This document shows, piece by piece, positions 1 to 13,600 of a DNA stretch of 64,000 bases (position 1 is its first letter; the number at the start of each line of letters is the position of its first letter). The position numbers were made by a program, and so were the translations under genes. The notes under the pieces were generated by a model. That model ran no database searches. It was not told where the DNA came from and was given only the letters and a program-made list of their open reading frames with translations. The stretch comes from Tubulanus polymorphus (taxonomy: Eukaryota; Animalia; Nemertea), in the NCBI RefSeq assembly GCF_964204645.1, contig NC_134028.1:20211245-20275244 (forward strand). The letters run 5' to 3'.

Positions 1-1244
1 AATATCCTTCGATTTCAATCAGAAGTCGGCATCATTTCAGAGTAAAGCTTTGATAGCCCTACTGCGCATCTGACATTTCATCACTTAGGCCTTTTCAGTT
101 ACTTGGAATACGGATCCGCCCTCCCGAATCCCACCAAAAACGTTGACTTCAAAAAGACTTGATTTCAGACCATCACCATTTTTCAAAAAAGAAAAAAGAG
201 AAAAAAATATGTGTTATTCCCGTCGTAATTTTCGATCTGGTCATTGGCAAAAAAGTCAGCTTTCTTCATTTCTTCCATTATTCGAATTCAATTTCATCAG
301 AATGTGCACTCATTTTTTAGTTTTTTTTTTGGGGGGGGGGAAGGGAGTCCTCCCGATATTTGATGTGGAAAATACTCGAGTGATAAATAATTTTCTACTT
401 TTCTTCGGCCTCCTTCCATTCTAAAACGCCTGTAAAAAATAAAATTCGATTTTTTTTCGTTTCCCAATTCTTTTTCTTGAAAATTCCGTGCTACAATTAT
501 CTAAAAAAGGCCTTACATAAAAAACCTCAATACCCGGTATAGAATATGAAAATTCCAATAGATTGCCAGGTGATTTGAATTTGAAATATGAAATCTCACC
601 ATTGTAATCGATTGGATGCGTTAGGATATATTTGGCACTTAATTAAAAAGGCACTGAAAATTTGAGGTTTAATACCTCAACTCCTTAACGGGGCGTGATT
701 TGATTTAGACCGGGTATCGCGAGCTGCTTTCAATGTTCCTGCACTCAGCCATGCTTCAGGGCCCATATCGGGACAGCCCCAATTTTTTTTGCATTACCTT
801 TTCCCTAGGCCTACTTCACCTTATACTCCCTTATTTTACAATAACCTCAGGGTGCCCAATAAATAAGTGGTACATTTGTTTTGGCAACAATCGCAGGCCC
901 GCCGCTTACATACCGGTCGTGTCTAGTGCGCTCCCGAGGGGATGATGGTCGGGGTCCAACACATTTTGACGGCTGCATTAAAAAAGCCTACGACGAAGAG
1001 GACTAATATATTATAGCGTTTGCATCGTCCCACAACAAAACTTCAAAACAATTCAGTTTCTTTTTCGATTGGTGCTCTTCCGGAAGCGGAATTATCTATT
1101 TTCTCCTGATCGCCGCGTTTGGTAGATCTGGGCTACGAATTCCGTATAGTCGCGATGAGTCGAGAAGATACACAATATCTGGTCCAGTTCGAAATCCCAC
1201 AATAGATTCGGCCAAAAATTAAAAGCTCTTTAGTAAAATGATAT

Positions 1245-1287
1245 ATCAACGTTTCGGTTAGATACAACGGTTAGCCATCATCAGGCA
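1245..1287 (-). ncRNA. degenerate minimal hammerhead ribozyme motif
   Basis: Minus strand CTGATGA-TGGCTAA...TAACC-GAAAC-GTT; stem I is poor. Confidence 0.4.
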
Positions 1288-3024
1288 AACTTCCGTAGTC
1301 ATTTTGATGAATCAGTAAGGTTTTACGATTGGTTTGGTTGTAACGCGACCCACCAGGGGGACTGGGGGGCTGACACGCACAGCTCGGGAGAGACAGGTGT
1401 TTCAGCCAGTATAGTGGAATACGGTGCTGGTTTGTGTGTCAGCTGTGGATCGCATTGAGTATAATTAAACACATACACACAACTAGTAGGATCTAATGTT
1501 ATCAACGATCACTTGTCTCTTATCCTGACAGCCATCGTCTGTCAGTCAGTGTCATTGAAAACACTTGATTACTCAAATATATATATACAAACGGATCTTA
1601 TATTTCTATTGATAGTTTTACACTGAGGAGGGATTTGATTTACATTTTTTGAGGTTAGTCTAAAATTTTGCATCTGAAATTAGCTTTAATTTTGATTCCA
1701 AGACCTACGTAGGCTTATATGCCCTTTTTGAGTTAAGAGTGTAGGAATTATGCCTGCTTTACAACCGACACAAAGACCAAAAACTAAATCAAAATATTCT
1801 GAGTTTATTGCTGTCCTCCAAGTAGGCTTAGGCCTTTTTCACCAAGAACCTTAAGCTTTTATAGTGTACTGATGATGTAATCATACCATTGCCAGTGTAT
1901 ATAGTTTTATAATATAGTTGGACAGGATCGTATCGAGCGTCTTCCGTTTCACTTCCAGGATTGGGTAAAGAGATGCCTACCCCTTTAAATATTCAATACT
2001 TACTGTCTAAATTACAAAGCCGAATCCTTCTGTAAAACTGTTCGGATTCTCAGATAAAGTGGCCATGAAATCTCGCGCTAATGGGATTTGTAAGGTTAGG
2101 TACGAAAATTCAGAAATCAAAATTCTGTCCAACCACAAATCTAATAGTGCATTGAACCATAGGAGATGCAGCTGGCGATTAAATCCGTTATGTTAAGGCC
2201 TATTTAAATTTGAATTTATATCATTAAAATTTGTCAAACGGTATAATCTAACTAACTGCAGTACTAGGAGGTACAAGATTTGATAAATTCAGAGTCAAAT
2301 TTGAATTCTGAATTCCGCTGGATCGATGTTAATGTGACCCCCGAATGGATAACCATAGAAAGCCATTTGTGTTCAGTTTTAATATCTAACATCTACTTAA
2401 GTGTGACATAGCAAGGAGCTTAGTTTTCATTTCAGTTTTAAACAGCTGCTGTCAAATATTCAATGAAAACACACAAAAATTCGATTTTATATCGCGATCG
2501 TATTGACAATGCAAGACATCGAATGACTGGCATGAGTGTGGATGTTCTGACTCGACTCGTAGGGTATAGAACCTGTCTGGAGAGGGACTGCAAACCCCAA
2601 AACAATCTATTCTGGTCGATTAGAAATCTGTGAATTGCGAATCAAGTATTTTTATACGTACAGGCATATTATCACGTTGCCCGCCATTTAAAAAAGAACA
2701 ACTTTTTGTAAGATATATTTTGCCGTTTAAATACAGAATGAACGTCTAAAATTCAGGGTATGGGACCTAATTCTATTCTGCGTTGCGGTAATTTATACAC
2801 AAAATGATTTTACGCCTCGGGGTCTGAGTTAGGTATGCACCAGACATATTTAATTTCACTCTCGTGAATTCCCGTGGTACCAGCTATATACATAATAAAC
2901 TAGAACCTGATTTATAAATAACAAATGTCTCCTGTAAATCAATATATATTAATGAGTATGCTTACTGTTTATAAATAAACACCTAGCTCACAGCCCCCTG
3001 GTTGGGGAGGGGGCGGTAGGTGAC

Positions 3025-3776
3025 GAATCCGGGTCATAATACCTCCGCCCAAAATACCTCTACCCAAATATCCCACACCCAGAATCCCTCCACCCAGAAT
3101 ACACTCATATGTGTCCAAAATACCTCCAGGCCCTAGATCTAATGGGTTTATGCCTGAAGGACAAAAATTAGAACCTATTACCTATTAGAAATATAATTGT
3201 TTAGAATGAATATTTTGCCCCCCCCCCCCTCCCCAAGTTTGAATTTACAGGCCATACTCAAATAAACCAAAGTTCTATAGTTTAAAAGTAGTTAATTGAG
3301 CAAAACAAAGTATTATGTTAATTTCAGTATATTGTTCGAAGATCATTGTTGCAGTTAAATGGAAATGAACTGAATACAGTGTATACCGAAATGTAGTACA
3401 TTGTTTTCTTAGATTATAGGACTAATTAATATTCTATAATCTAAATATTGAATTGTTTCCAGAGAAATCTAGTATTAGATTAAAGACATGAGATAAACTA
3501 ATTAATATTCCCAGCCATAACTAATTGCAAGTAAACATTGTCATTGATTGTTATTCAATTATTATTCAGTATAGGTTTATGTATACCGTAACACATAATA
3601 TATGATCCTATACATGTATAATAGTCAATATTGGTGGTACTTTAGACATCTAAATAATAGAATTATAGTATTTTTTTTAAATTCTGGGTGGAGGTATTTT
3701 GGACACATATGAGGGTATTCTGGGTGGAGGGATTCTGGGTGTGGGATTTAGGGCGGAGGTATTATGGGCGTATCCC
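3025..3776. mobile_element. non-autonomous Mutator-like DNA transposon
   Basis: About 100-bp subrepeated TIRs (cataatacctccgccc.../...gggcggaggtattatg); perfect 9-bp TSD gtaggtgac at 3016-3024 and 3777-3785; AT-rich non-coding interior. Confidence 0.75.
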
Positions 3777-4096
3777 GTAGGTGACCCATCGCCTGGTGAC
3801 AGACCCGACCCGATTAGTCATTTACCGGGAAGTTAAATATCCGTTCTCGGGATCATGCATCGATTCATGAGAAGGCGTTTGTTCCGACAAATATAGAAAA
3901 TTCATTACTTTTCATTCAGACGAATCGAATTCATGAATTCCGATTAGGAATGAAATACAGCTCCGGTTTTTACTGCTGACGGACGATTCTATTGATATTC
4001 TAGAACTATATTCTCGAAGTCAGTGTCAAACATTCACAGAAAAGAATTTGATACGCATATTCAAACACATTGACGCCACAAAAGCAAGATAATCTG

Positions 4097-4215
4097 GGCC
4101 CTGTTTTATAGACTGGTATAACCTTTAACCGGGGGGGGGGGGGGGCTAACTCAACCATTTTCAATTGAGTTAACCCCTGGGTTAACGGTTAATTCCCATT
4201 CTATGAAACCGGGCC
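4097..4215. mobile_element. PIF/Harbinger-like MITE
   Basis: TIR ggccctgttttatag/ctatgaaaccgggcc flanked by CTG on both sides. Confidence 0.55.
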
Positions 4216-4653
4216 CTGTATTTTTGTTATGGGAAATCGCCGCAATAAAAATCTTTCTTTATTTCAAGATAGACCAATGACAAAGGTTTGCAGAGCCAGA
4301 TTCAGAGTCCAAATTATTCGCATATCCCTGAATTTCCTAATTTTTTCTGTGTTATACATGTTATTGCAGATGATGCTGTTGTCGCTACGAGGCCGATAAC
4401 AGACCGGGTACCGATTTCTGATAGACTTCACAATGTTTTATCCGCATCGGAAAAGGAAACTACCGCATCGTTCAAACCAGGTAAAATAAAACATTCAACC
4501 ATTCACAATAAAATAGATGATAATAAACTTGAAGACATGTGGATAAGGTGATTAAAAATCTATCCTAACTAATTTTGACTCTTTCGGATTCGGCAAAACA
4601 TTCAACTCCATATCCTCCTTGTTGTGGCTCATATTTTACTAAAATATCTGCTA

Positions 4654-4920
4654 AGCTGCCATCACACGAGCGTTTTTTGGCCAGTGCCTGTTTGGCCCGC
4701 GTCAGATTCAGCCGACCAAAAACGTCGTTCCAGGCCCGATCCAAACTTTTACACGTGACAACTGATTGCGTTGCGAAAATGACTCACTTCCTCTTTGTTT
4801 TTACCGGTTAACCATTCGACCAGTATCGACTGAGTGGATTGCGTGTAAGCGCGCTCTCCAAATCGGTGGGCACGGGTCAGATTTGACTCGGGCCTGATCC
4901 GTGTCAATATGGGCCGGGCT
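4654..4920. mobile_element. MITE family B (reverse copy)
   Basis: Inverted similarity to 15041-15331. Confidence 0.5.
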
Positions 4921-4993
4921 ATTGTTTTCTACCTAACGACAAGCGATAACACTAAAAACCTCATTTTCTTTTGAGTACAGACAGTTTGTTAAA

Positions 4994-5030
4994 CACGAAC
5001 GTTTTCGGGATCATATCCCCTCATCAGGTG
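4994..5030 (-). ncRNA. minimal type I hammerhead ribozyme (Penelope-associated)
   Basis: Minus strand CAC-CTGATGA-G-GGGAT-ATG-ATCCC-GAAA-ACG-TTC-GTG: core, stem II, palindromic stem III, NUH and stem I all present. Confidence 0.7.
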
Positions 5031-5248
5031 AAATACAAGTGAATCAAATGATTAGACTACATGTTTATATACAAAATTACAGGTGCTAAATTCTAAGCTA
5101 ATTTATACAATTAATACAATTGATACAAACCAGGTATTTAATTACAAGCTAGTTATTTGAATACATTTAAGACGAAGGATGAGCCGTTTTGGAAAAATTG
5201 TTGATTAAAAGAGTTTCGTTGCGCTTTAATAAAGAGAGCCTCCCTAAT
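4994..5248 (-). mobile_element. 3' remnant of Penelope-like retroelement
   Basis: Minus 5248-5153 reads IREALFIKAQRNSFNQQFFQNGSSFVLNVFK*, resembling the C-terminus of PLE GIY-YIG endonucleases, followed downstream by a hammerhead motif. Confidence 0.6.
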
Positions 5249-7577
5249 TTGGTGACAAGGTGACGTAGTATAACATGAACAACCCGCATATAAACGTAGG
5301 CCTCTATATATACGCAATGGCTACCGGTATAGTTACCGGTCTCTGGCGTGAATTATTTATCATGATGTGAACCGCTATTGTTTAGTATAACCTTGCTTGT
5401 AACGAATTACGGAAAATCTTAGTCACGATAGAAAACCCGTCACGCCCCCTCCATCTCCTAAATCTCTCTCCACATCGCAGCGTAGTAGACATTAATAAGA
5501 TACCAGTTTTGAATTGAAATTGCTACCAGTAATTGCAGCGCGGATTCCGCTCCGTAGGTACTTGTAACATAGTTGACCAAATAATGGAATGATATATACA
5601 CTCAGACTTTCGGCAAAATACACTGCAAATACGGACATAGAAAAGAAAGCGTCTCTCGTAACCTTTGTCTCAACACGTTTATCACAGGAAGTAAAGAAAG
5701 TATTTTTTTACAATCTGTGAATCGAACAAATGGACTTAAATTGTCCGGCGCTACCACTTCCTTCCCGTGGAAGAAACCTGAGCTTACGTTCAATCGTGTA
5801 TACATCCCTATCCCGAGGCCTCCATATTTATAGGACTGTTAACCTGTTAACGTTTTGGTGTGGAGCCTCCTGGGGGAGACAAGGATAGAAAACGAAAGAG
5901 AACCAGGCAGGAGCGGGCACCAGTAAAGCCTGTAAGATATAGGCGCACGAGAACGAGAAGAACCTCGAAGGGATTGGACGCCCTGGAGACAGGAGAACCA
6001 CGGATATTATAGGAGAACCATGGCATATGTAGAATCACTGGGGTAGGTAAACCGCGGCAAGGCTAACCACTAAGATAGGCAAACCGGGTGATAGCAAAGG
6101 AGACCCGGACAGGGGACACGTAGAACTATAGAATATTGGAAAATTGGGACGAACAGGGCTGATGATGCGGTACTAAAATCGGATAGCAACATTTACATCT
6201 CTAAGGACAAGGATAGAAACAGTTCTCTGACCAGACGAATAGATTAATAGAACTTGCGTGACTGGAGCCACCATTGACACAACGTGTGAGAGACATGTTT
6301 TTCACGCTTTCTATCAACTAGTAAATAACTCTGAATACGGCGTCCTCGGAATCTTATAACACTAACCACTGTCACACTCACACAGGATTACTAGAACACT
6401 ACTGCGCTGATGAAATTGCTAATTTGAGTTCATAGGTAAATACAATATGTAAACTCTTCTAAATCTTACTTATATCATCCTAAAAAAGAAAGAATTATCG
6501 TACTTCATTTGTCGATGGACGAATATGTATAAATAGAACTTCAATTTCTAAGACAGTCGTGACATGCGTAAGTAAGTCCAAAAGTTGTCTCAAATCTTGA
6601 GACCGATGTTAATCTGTTAAGAAGATCGACTATAAAGAACTAGTTTTAGACTGATCTCTAATTTAAAAAAAACACATGACTGAGTTACTGATCCCGTCGA
6701 AATTAAAACTGGACCTTCAATAAACGGGTGAAATTAATAGACTCTCTCTTGAGATTATGTAGATACGCGCGGTGTGTTTTTCTGTCGTCAGTCTTAATTC
6801 TCTTATGACAATAATATACATGTTCGTTATGTTGCGTCAATGCGAGTGCGATTTATTAGAATTCTGTCGTCAATATTAGAATGTTTAAGTGAATAATGAT
6901 ACTCGTTATTTATGAATTATTCATCAGCAATAGTTATTACACAATCTATCATCAAGCGCCGGTTCTCCACAGTGACTGTTGTTCAACGTTTCTGCGCAGT
7001 CACCCCTGTACCCGGCAGGTCCGCGGTTCGAACCCCATATTATGAACATCGTAAAAAATATCGTTATTAATATTTTCTCCTTTCTTTTGTTCTTTTATGA
7101 TCGACTGAGTCATCGATCAGACCAATTTTTCAATGTTTGGATGGAATTTCTGTAGATTATGTTACACGATGGGCCTACATTGGCGGCTGAGATACGGGGG
7201 TATATTTACAACTGATAATACCCTCCCATGATACACTATGTTGTTGGGATTTATACCCTCACGGAAAAGTCATACGCATTCAAAACGCAGGGAAATGCTC
7301 GGAAACATGTTTCTGTCTATATTTCTGTTTTTTACATTGGGCTCCAAGGGACTACTCTCCTGACAGCGATGGCTGTGTCAGGGGTGCGGTTCTGTTGAAT
7401 GTGCCTGGTACTCCTCATATTTTGAGGGGGTACGGTACTTTTTGAAAATGATTAAGAAATAAGGTATTCAAGTCTATTTTTCGTTGCCTTATTGCTACAG
7501 GACATATCGCGATTAAAGAAGGGGTAGCCACCGATAACTACTGACCGTAAAAATATTCCGTCCACGCAATATCTAAT

Positions 7578-7644
7578 ATGAGCTTCCTCATCGTGCTATT
7601 GCTGATTACTGTCAATGTGGTCATCTTTACTCATCCAGTCGCAG
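7578..7644 (+). CDS. cadherin coding exon 1 (signal peptide)
   Basis: [22 protein letters not shown]|G; acceptor ending 7500 gives a 5'UTR portion 7501-7577; donor gtgagt; phase 1 fits exon 2. Confidence 0.75.
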
Positions 7645-10600
7645 GTGAGTCACAATTTCTTATGTTTTCATTTTTCTCTGAGAAAGAGAATAATGGTTTT
7701 TTTTCTTTAGTCAAACTCAGTCAAGTGGCCACATAACTGATTATTGTAAAAAGATTAAAACACACTATCTACAGATTAAAAGAATTTAAAATCAAGAATT
7801 TATCTATTCGAACAATCTAAAATATATAATAAACACGACGTTTCGATCTCACCCTAGAGATCATCGTCAGGTGTGAAACGTCGTGTTTATTATATATTTT
7901 AGATTGTTCGTATAAATAAATTCTTGATTTTAAATTCTTTTAATCTGTAGATAGTGGGTTTTAATCTTTCTATCCGTTCACCACGTTTGAGTGTGGTTAT
8001 CGTACTATACTGTTTATTGTCTTTTGTTCAACGCAAACCGGTCATATTATACAGTGGAACCTCGTTAACACGAATCTCGTACGGGCAAAAGTGAAACCAT
8101 CGGGTTTCGTGTTATCCACATATGGATTGATATAGATATTTTAGCTTCGACATGCTGGAAATCATCATAATAAAAGGGTTTCGTCTTAAACAGAATCGTA
8201 TATTGACGATGTTCAACTGTATAAACATTAATAATCGTAAGGATCGAATATGTTGATCGGATCGAAACGGATCTTCTGCGACCCGAGTGTTCGTTCGACC
8301 GATCGTAAGGTCGTATAGTGGCCAATGAACAGCGATGTACACATCACATGACTATAGCCCAACGCACACGGCACCGAAAACACGTGTTCGATGTTTTTTG
8401 TTATACCGTGTGCGGGGGAGGCAAAACAAAAAACGCCGAACTGAAAAACGTTTTATGAAACGTGTTTTCTGTTTCGGCGAAACAAATGTTTTGCCGTGTG
8501 CGTTGGGCTTTAAGCGTTGGACTCAAAATAGTCGATCTCAGGTGAACTGTTCGCCGAATCGACAACTCGACCTTACGATGTCGGGGGCGGATCCAATGGG
8601 ATGTGCATAGGGGGTGCTCAGCCCCAAAACTGTCAAGTTGCCCTGAAATTTCACGGGAAAATGAAAAATATTAAACTGATACCTAAAAACTGTGAAATTC
8701 ATATGCTTGTACTCTGTATTTCCAAAAAAAATTTTGATGAGTTTTTTTTTCGGGGTGCCCATTTCATTATTGTCCTATTTTACATGAGTTTTCATCGCAG
8801 ACGAACGAATCGGATCTTAGTGCCACCTGAGTTCAAAACGGCAATGTGAGCACTTTATACCTCATCAGATGAGAGTGAGACTGCATTTTGTATGTTTTAT
8901 TTTCTCTGACTGGATCCTATTTCTTCTCTTTCTCGCGTAGTGTAAACTGCGTGCGTCAGAATTAATCTCATCGCTTTTCTGTACGCACTCGACTGAAAAT
9001 GTATTTTACACAGATTTATTGATGAACGTTCAATGGAACATATGACAGGCATTCAATTCTATACTGTTAGTCGTTATGTATTAATGAACTAAAACCCAGG
9101 TGTTGGTAATGATTCAATAAAGATATTTCAACGGCTAAATTAATCAACGATTAATACAAGCTCTATCTAGTCAATGTTGGGAAGCAGGAAACAGGGAAAG
9201 TAAGTTAGTATTCATAGCAAAGGGAAGGTAAGGGAAGTACCCCTTACTGGGGTGATACCCCCCTACCAGTCCGAAACTAAACGGAGTATTATACGTATCA
9301 ATTCTGAACGGACAGTTCATGAACCTCGTCATTATCAGGGGCGGATCCAGTGTTTTATTCGCGGAGGGGTGCACCCCGAAATAGGACACATATGATTAAA
9401 AGGGCACCCCAAAAGGAAACATTAACTGATTTTTAGAAATACGAGAACAAGATTATGAATTCAAACTTTGCGTTTATTAGTTTAAAATATTCCCGTAAAA
9501 ACTTGACATTTTAAGGAGGGGGTGCGCTAACCGCCACCCTCCTTAAAATGTCAAGTTTCCCTGAGATTTTACGGGAATTTTAAACTAATATACACAAAGT
9601 TTGAATTCATAATCTTTTTCTCGTATCTCTTTTGAATTCCAGAGCTGTTAAATATTTGGTCCGAACCTGATGTATACGTCATTTTACAACTCGACCTATA
9701 ATTATTGAATTACTGTACCCAAAGAGTATATAGGGCGTGTGTAGTAAAAGGCAGAGTCTAGAGAAATACTCCGCGGGGGGCTGAAAGCTGTCACACCATA
9801 ATTCATCGAACACGGTTGACTCAGAAATCTATTGTTTATAACAGGGCGTAGAATCGATGGCCTTGTTAGCGATAGATGTTTGAAAAAAAAGATATTATAA
9901 GCTTGATTCAGAATTTCAGAGACTCGTATTAAATGGGGGGGGGGGGGGTTCGTTTAGATGAAAGTCCACCCTAAAGCCGGTGTCATAGGGTGAAATGTTT
10001 CCCTTATTCATGCCCCTTACAATAGATCTCAAAATTTATATCTTAGATATAAAGGCATCCAAGCGTGTTAGGTAATTTATCTTTGGTCATCAAACGAAAG
10101 AACAAAAGGTGAGCTGTCTCAAACCGTTTGAATTGAAATAAAATCTTAATCCGGTTTTGAGTTTATGAAGAAAATAAATTTCCGGAAAAAGTGATGAAAT
10201 CATCGTGATTTTAGTAACGCTGTAACCTTGGTAACAGCATTGTACAAAATTGCACCAGTTGTCAAGGGTGACAAAATACACAGTGATGGCTGGTTGTTTT
10301 TACCTTTTCATCGATGTATAATTTGTCCATATAACAGACGAATTAAACGAAATCTTGTTTTAAGACCCTTTTTAGATCCATCCCTGACTATAAGGTTTAA
10401 GGTCAGCAGCCCCATTATGACTATCCATGTTACCAAAAATACATAAAGAAAATGTATTTTTGATGTTACTTCAATCTATTGTTAGTGGTGAAACTTAATT
10501 ATTTAGTTCTCGTTCTCGAAATATGCTTCTAGTCTAACTTGATTCGACGCTAAATTGCAGTTAAATGAATGATTTGATTCGGTGATTTGATGAACTGAAA

Positions 10601-13600
10601 GAACTTCGTCCATTTCGCCCCAATATGTTAGAAGCTGCGAAACTGCTGATCTTTGCATCTGATAATTACCAAAAGTCTTCTAGGGAGCACTTACAGGACC
10701 CCGCCACTAAAACTACGCACCTCACAGTTCCACTTAATCAAAACAGATACGTGCACGTCCAGAATATCGACATTTCACAGAATTCCGGAAATATATTTCC
10801 AGAAATTTCTGTTCAGAATTTTCTGCCGACGTTTCTGTTTTCCAGAATTTTCTGCTGTCTGTTTGATAGGTTAACTCAATCCTAAGCCTATAAACCCTAT
10901 AAAATCTCTAAACCCTAGACTTTAAACCCTAAACGCAGAAAAGCAGATGAAATATGGGATTCTCACTGAAATTTCTGTCAAGCTTCATTTCCCGACATAT
11001 ATGCATATAAATTGACCCCCCCAAAAAGCAATGCTAGCTTCAGGTCTCAGATACATATCTTATCTATAGGATTTTTCTTTAACGAGTGTAGTTTGAATGC
11101 GGGCGTGTTTGTCTATTTAGAATAACTCGCAGGTGTGTCAGCTGTGTTCCGATACTACCAGTGTTCAGGTGTCTGGGCTAACAGCAGCACTATGCGCGGC
11201 TTATGACGAAATATAGGCTATAATTTAAAAAATCATTGACGGAATAAAAACAATGTTTGGGATCCAATAGAACAGAAACATCTGTGACATTGTCATGTAT
11301 TATACAACGTAAAGAACAGTACTCGTAGGCATACACTCGAAGAGTTAACTGAGTTTTATCGACGATAATCCCATCCTTAACCCATTAAACATTGAATACC
11401 ATTGAATACTCTTCTTAACCATCGATCTAACCAGACTTACGGAGCTGATTTCGGATAAAGATAAAAACGAACTTTGGCCGGATCTATAATAATTTTGCCA
11501 ATGATGATTGTTTTGAAAACGTACGTATTTTAAGTCATCGACTATAATATGAAACAGCTGCGTCTAAAACATTATGACCCGCGACATTCATAAACAGCAA
11601 AATGACTCAATCGACCTGAATCATGATATCGGGGTCTCATATACGACCAGAGTCATCGAAACGCAACCGTTAAAAGAAATTTCTCCGGGAAACACCCCCG
11701 AACCCCTTAAAAGATAGGCGATTAAAATTTGTAAGAATTACGAACTTTTGAATGGGATGAGCAATAATTCAAGTCGAATTATCGGGAAGACGATATTGAT
11801 GTTTATAACTTCACCAGCGCGCATCGTTGCATTAACTTTAGAAATGAGTGATATATCATAAAGAAGTTACTTACCAGCTGAGTTCATCGATATTTTAACT
11901 TTGTTTCTTTCTTAATCCAATCCAGAGATATGAACGAAATAGAAAATTAAACAATGCGGACCCGGCGGGTACCAAAAAATGGCGCCTGGAAACTGTAAAA
12001 AGGCTTATTCCTCCCGCGGTTAACGCCTCGCACCGTCGGATATGAGCTTGTGGTTTCTGGGGTCCGAACCCACCTGCCTTGCCGTCGGCCGCTCTTTCTG
12101 TAACGACGGTGGTCGTTAGAACCTGTCAGCAATTTGAACAATTATTTTGACGAAAAAAAAACATCAATCAACGGACACCAAGTGGCAACGAGGTGCCATG
12201 CGTATGAACTTCCGCGTGGCTGTTTTATTAGAGAAATATCCTTCCTTCTTTTTAATCTTCTCTTTTGAATTTTTCTATAGGTTTTATATAGATTTTAAAT
12301 AGATTTGCATATAAATATGGTGGCTGATAAGGGCCATAGTGTAAAATTCCTGGTATGTAAATGAGGGCGCCAGAACGCCAGAACGCCAAAACGAAAAAAA
12401 ACGTCCAATTTTCTCTGAAAGTTCGTTTTGGCGCACCAAAACGGAGAATATTCCGTTTTGGCGCCCCCGCCAAAACGAACTTTCATTTTGGCCCCCCCGC
12501 CAAAACAACGAAAAACGTAAAAATTTCTCTAAAATTTCGTTTTGGCGCGGTTATTTCCGTTTTGGCGTCCCCGCCAAAACAAGCATTCAACCACAGTAAA
12601 ATTATTTTCAATTTGGCGCGTTGATCTTGTGTGTAATTTGCATAAATTTGCATATATAAAATTATTTTACGTATATATAGAATTATTTTACGTGGTTTAA
12701 AGTTCGTTTTGGCGGGGGCGCCAAAACGGAATATTCTCCGTTTTGGCGCGCCAAAACGAACTTTCAGAGAAATTTCGACGTTTTTCGTTGTTTTGGCGGG
12801 GGCACAAAAACGGAATTTTCTTTTGGAGAAAATTGGACGTTGCTTTCGTTTTGGCGTTCTGGCGTTCTGGCGCCCTCATTTACATACCAGGAATTTTACG
12901 CTATGGTCCTTATCAGCCACCATATATACAGGATCAAAGTCGGTAAAAGTGCAGATCTGCGCCTCTCGTGATTAACGCAATCTAATGAATGACAGAATCC
13001 AGGCTAAAATCTTTATAGTGAAGATATCTTTAAACTTAACCAATGGCAATGGCAATGTACTGAAATGCTGATGACATTTTGAATCTGAAAACAATGATAT
13101 TTAATGTAATTGATTGAACCATTTACGCCGAGAGGTGCAGATCTGCACTTTTACCTAAATGTCCACAAAACATGACTGATGTTTTTATTGAATTTAAGTT
13201 AGATCGAGCTAATTTGTTCTCTGAAAAATGTTGGCGTTAATTAAGCGAGCGGTGACATCGAGAAGGATGACGACAGTGGGTTTATAAACGAATTTTAACA
13301 ATCGATATAAACTGTAATTTCCATTTCCAGGTCAATGTAAATCGAAAATCACTCAGTTCCATTTCGTAAAAGAAAACTCGCCGGTCGGGATGACTGTATT
13401 CACATTCGATCGAGCAACCACTGACAATTATACGTTTGTACCGGACCCCTCGGAACAGGGCGTTTCGGACGGGTATCTGAAACTGATTCTCAATTCTAAC
13501 AACGGGACGGTCGTATTGAACCATTCGATCAACGCCGAACGACTCGATCCTAGATACTCACCACAATCTAAGGTTAGTCACAGTTTTTGATACGTTTCTA

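Noticed and set aside
5845-6220. Possible LTR primer-binding site (ttttggtgtggag) and purine-rich tract
   Set aside because: No match to a tRNA 3' end I recognise, no paired LTR, no gag/pol ORF
7010-7040. tRNA-like GGTTCGAACCCC (also about 19118, 44212, 52287)
   Set aside because: Only a T-arm/B-box; no full cloverleaf could be built; more likely SINE remnants
10880-10935. Telomere-like aaaccct repeats
   Set aside because: Only about three degenerate units; insufficient for an interstitial telomere or a Helitron call
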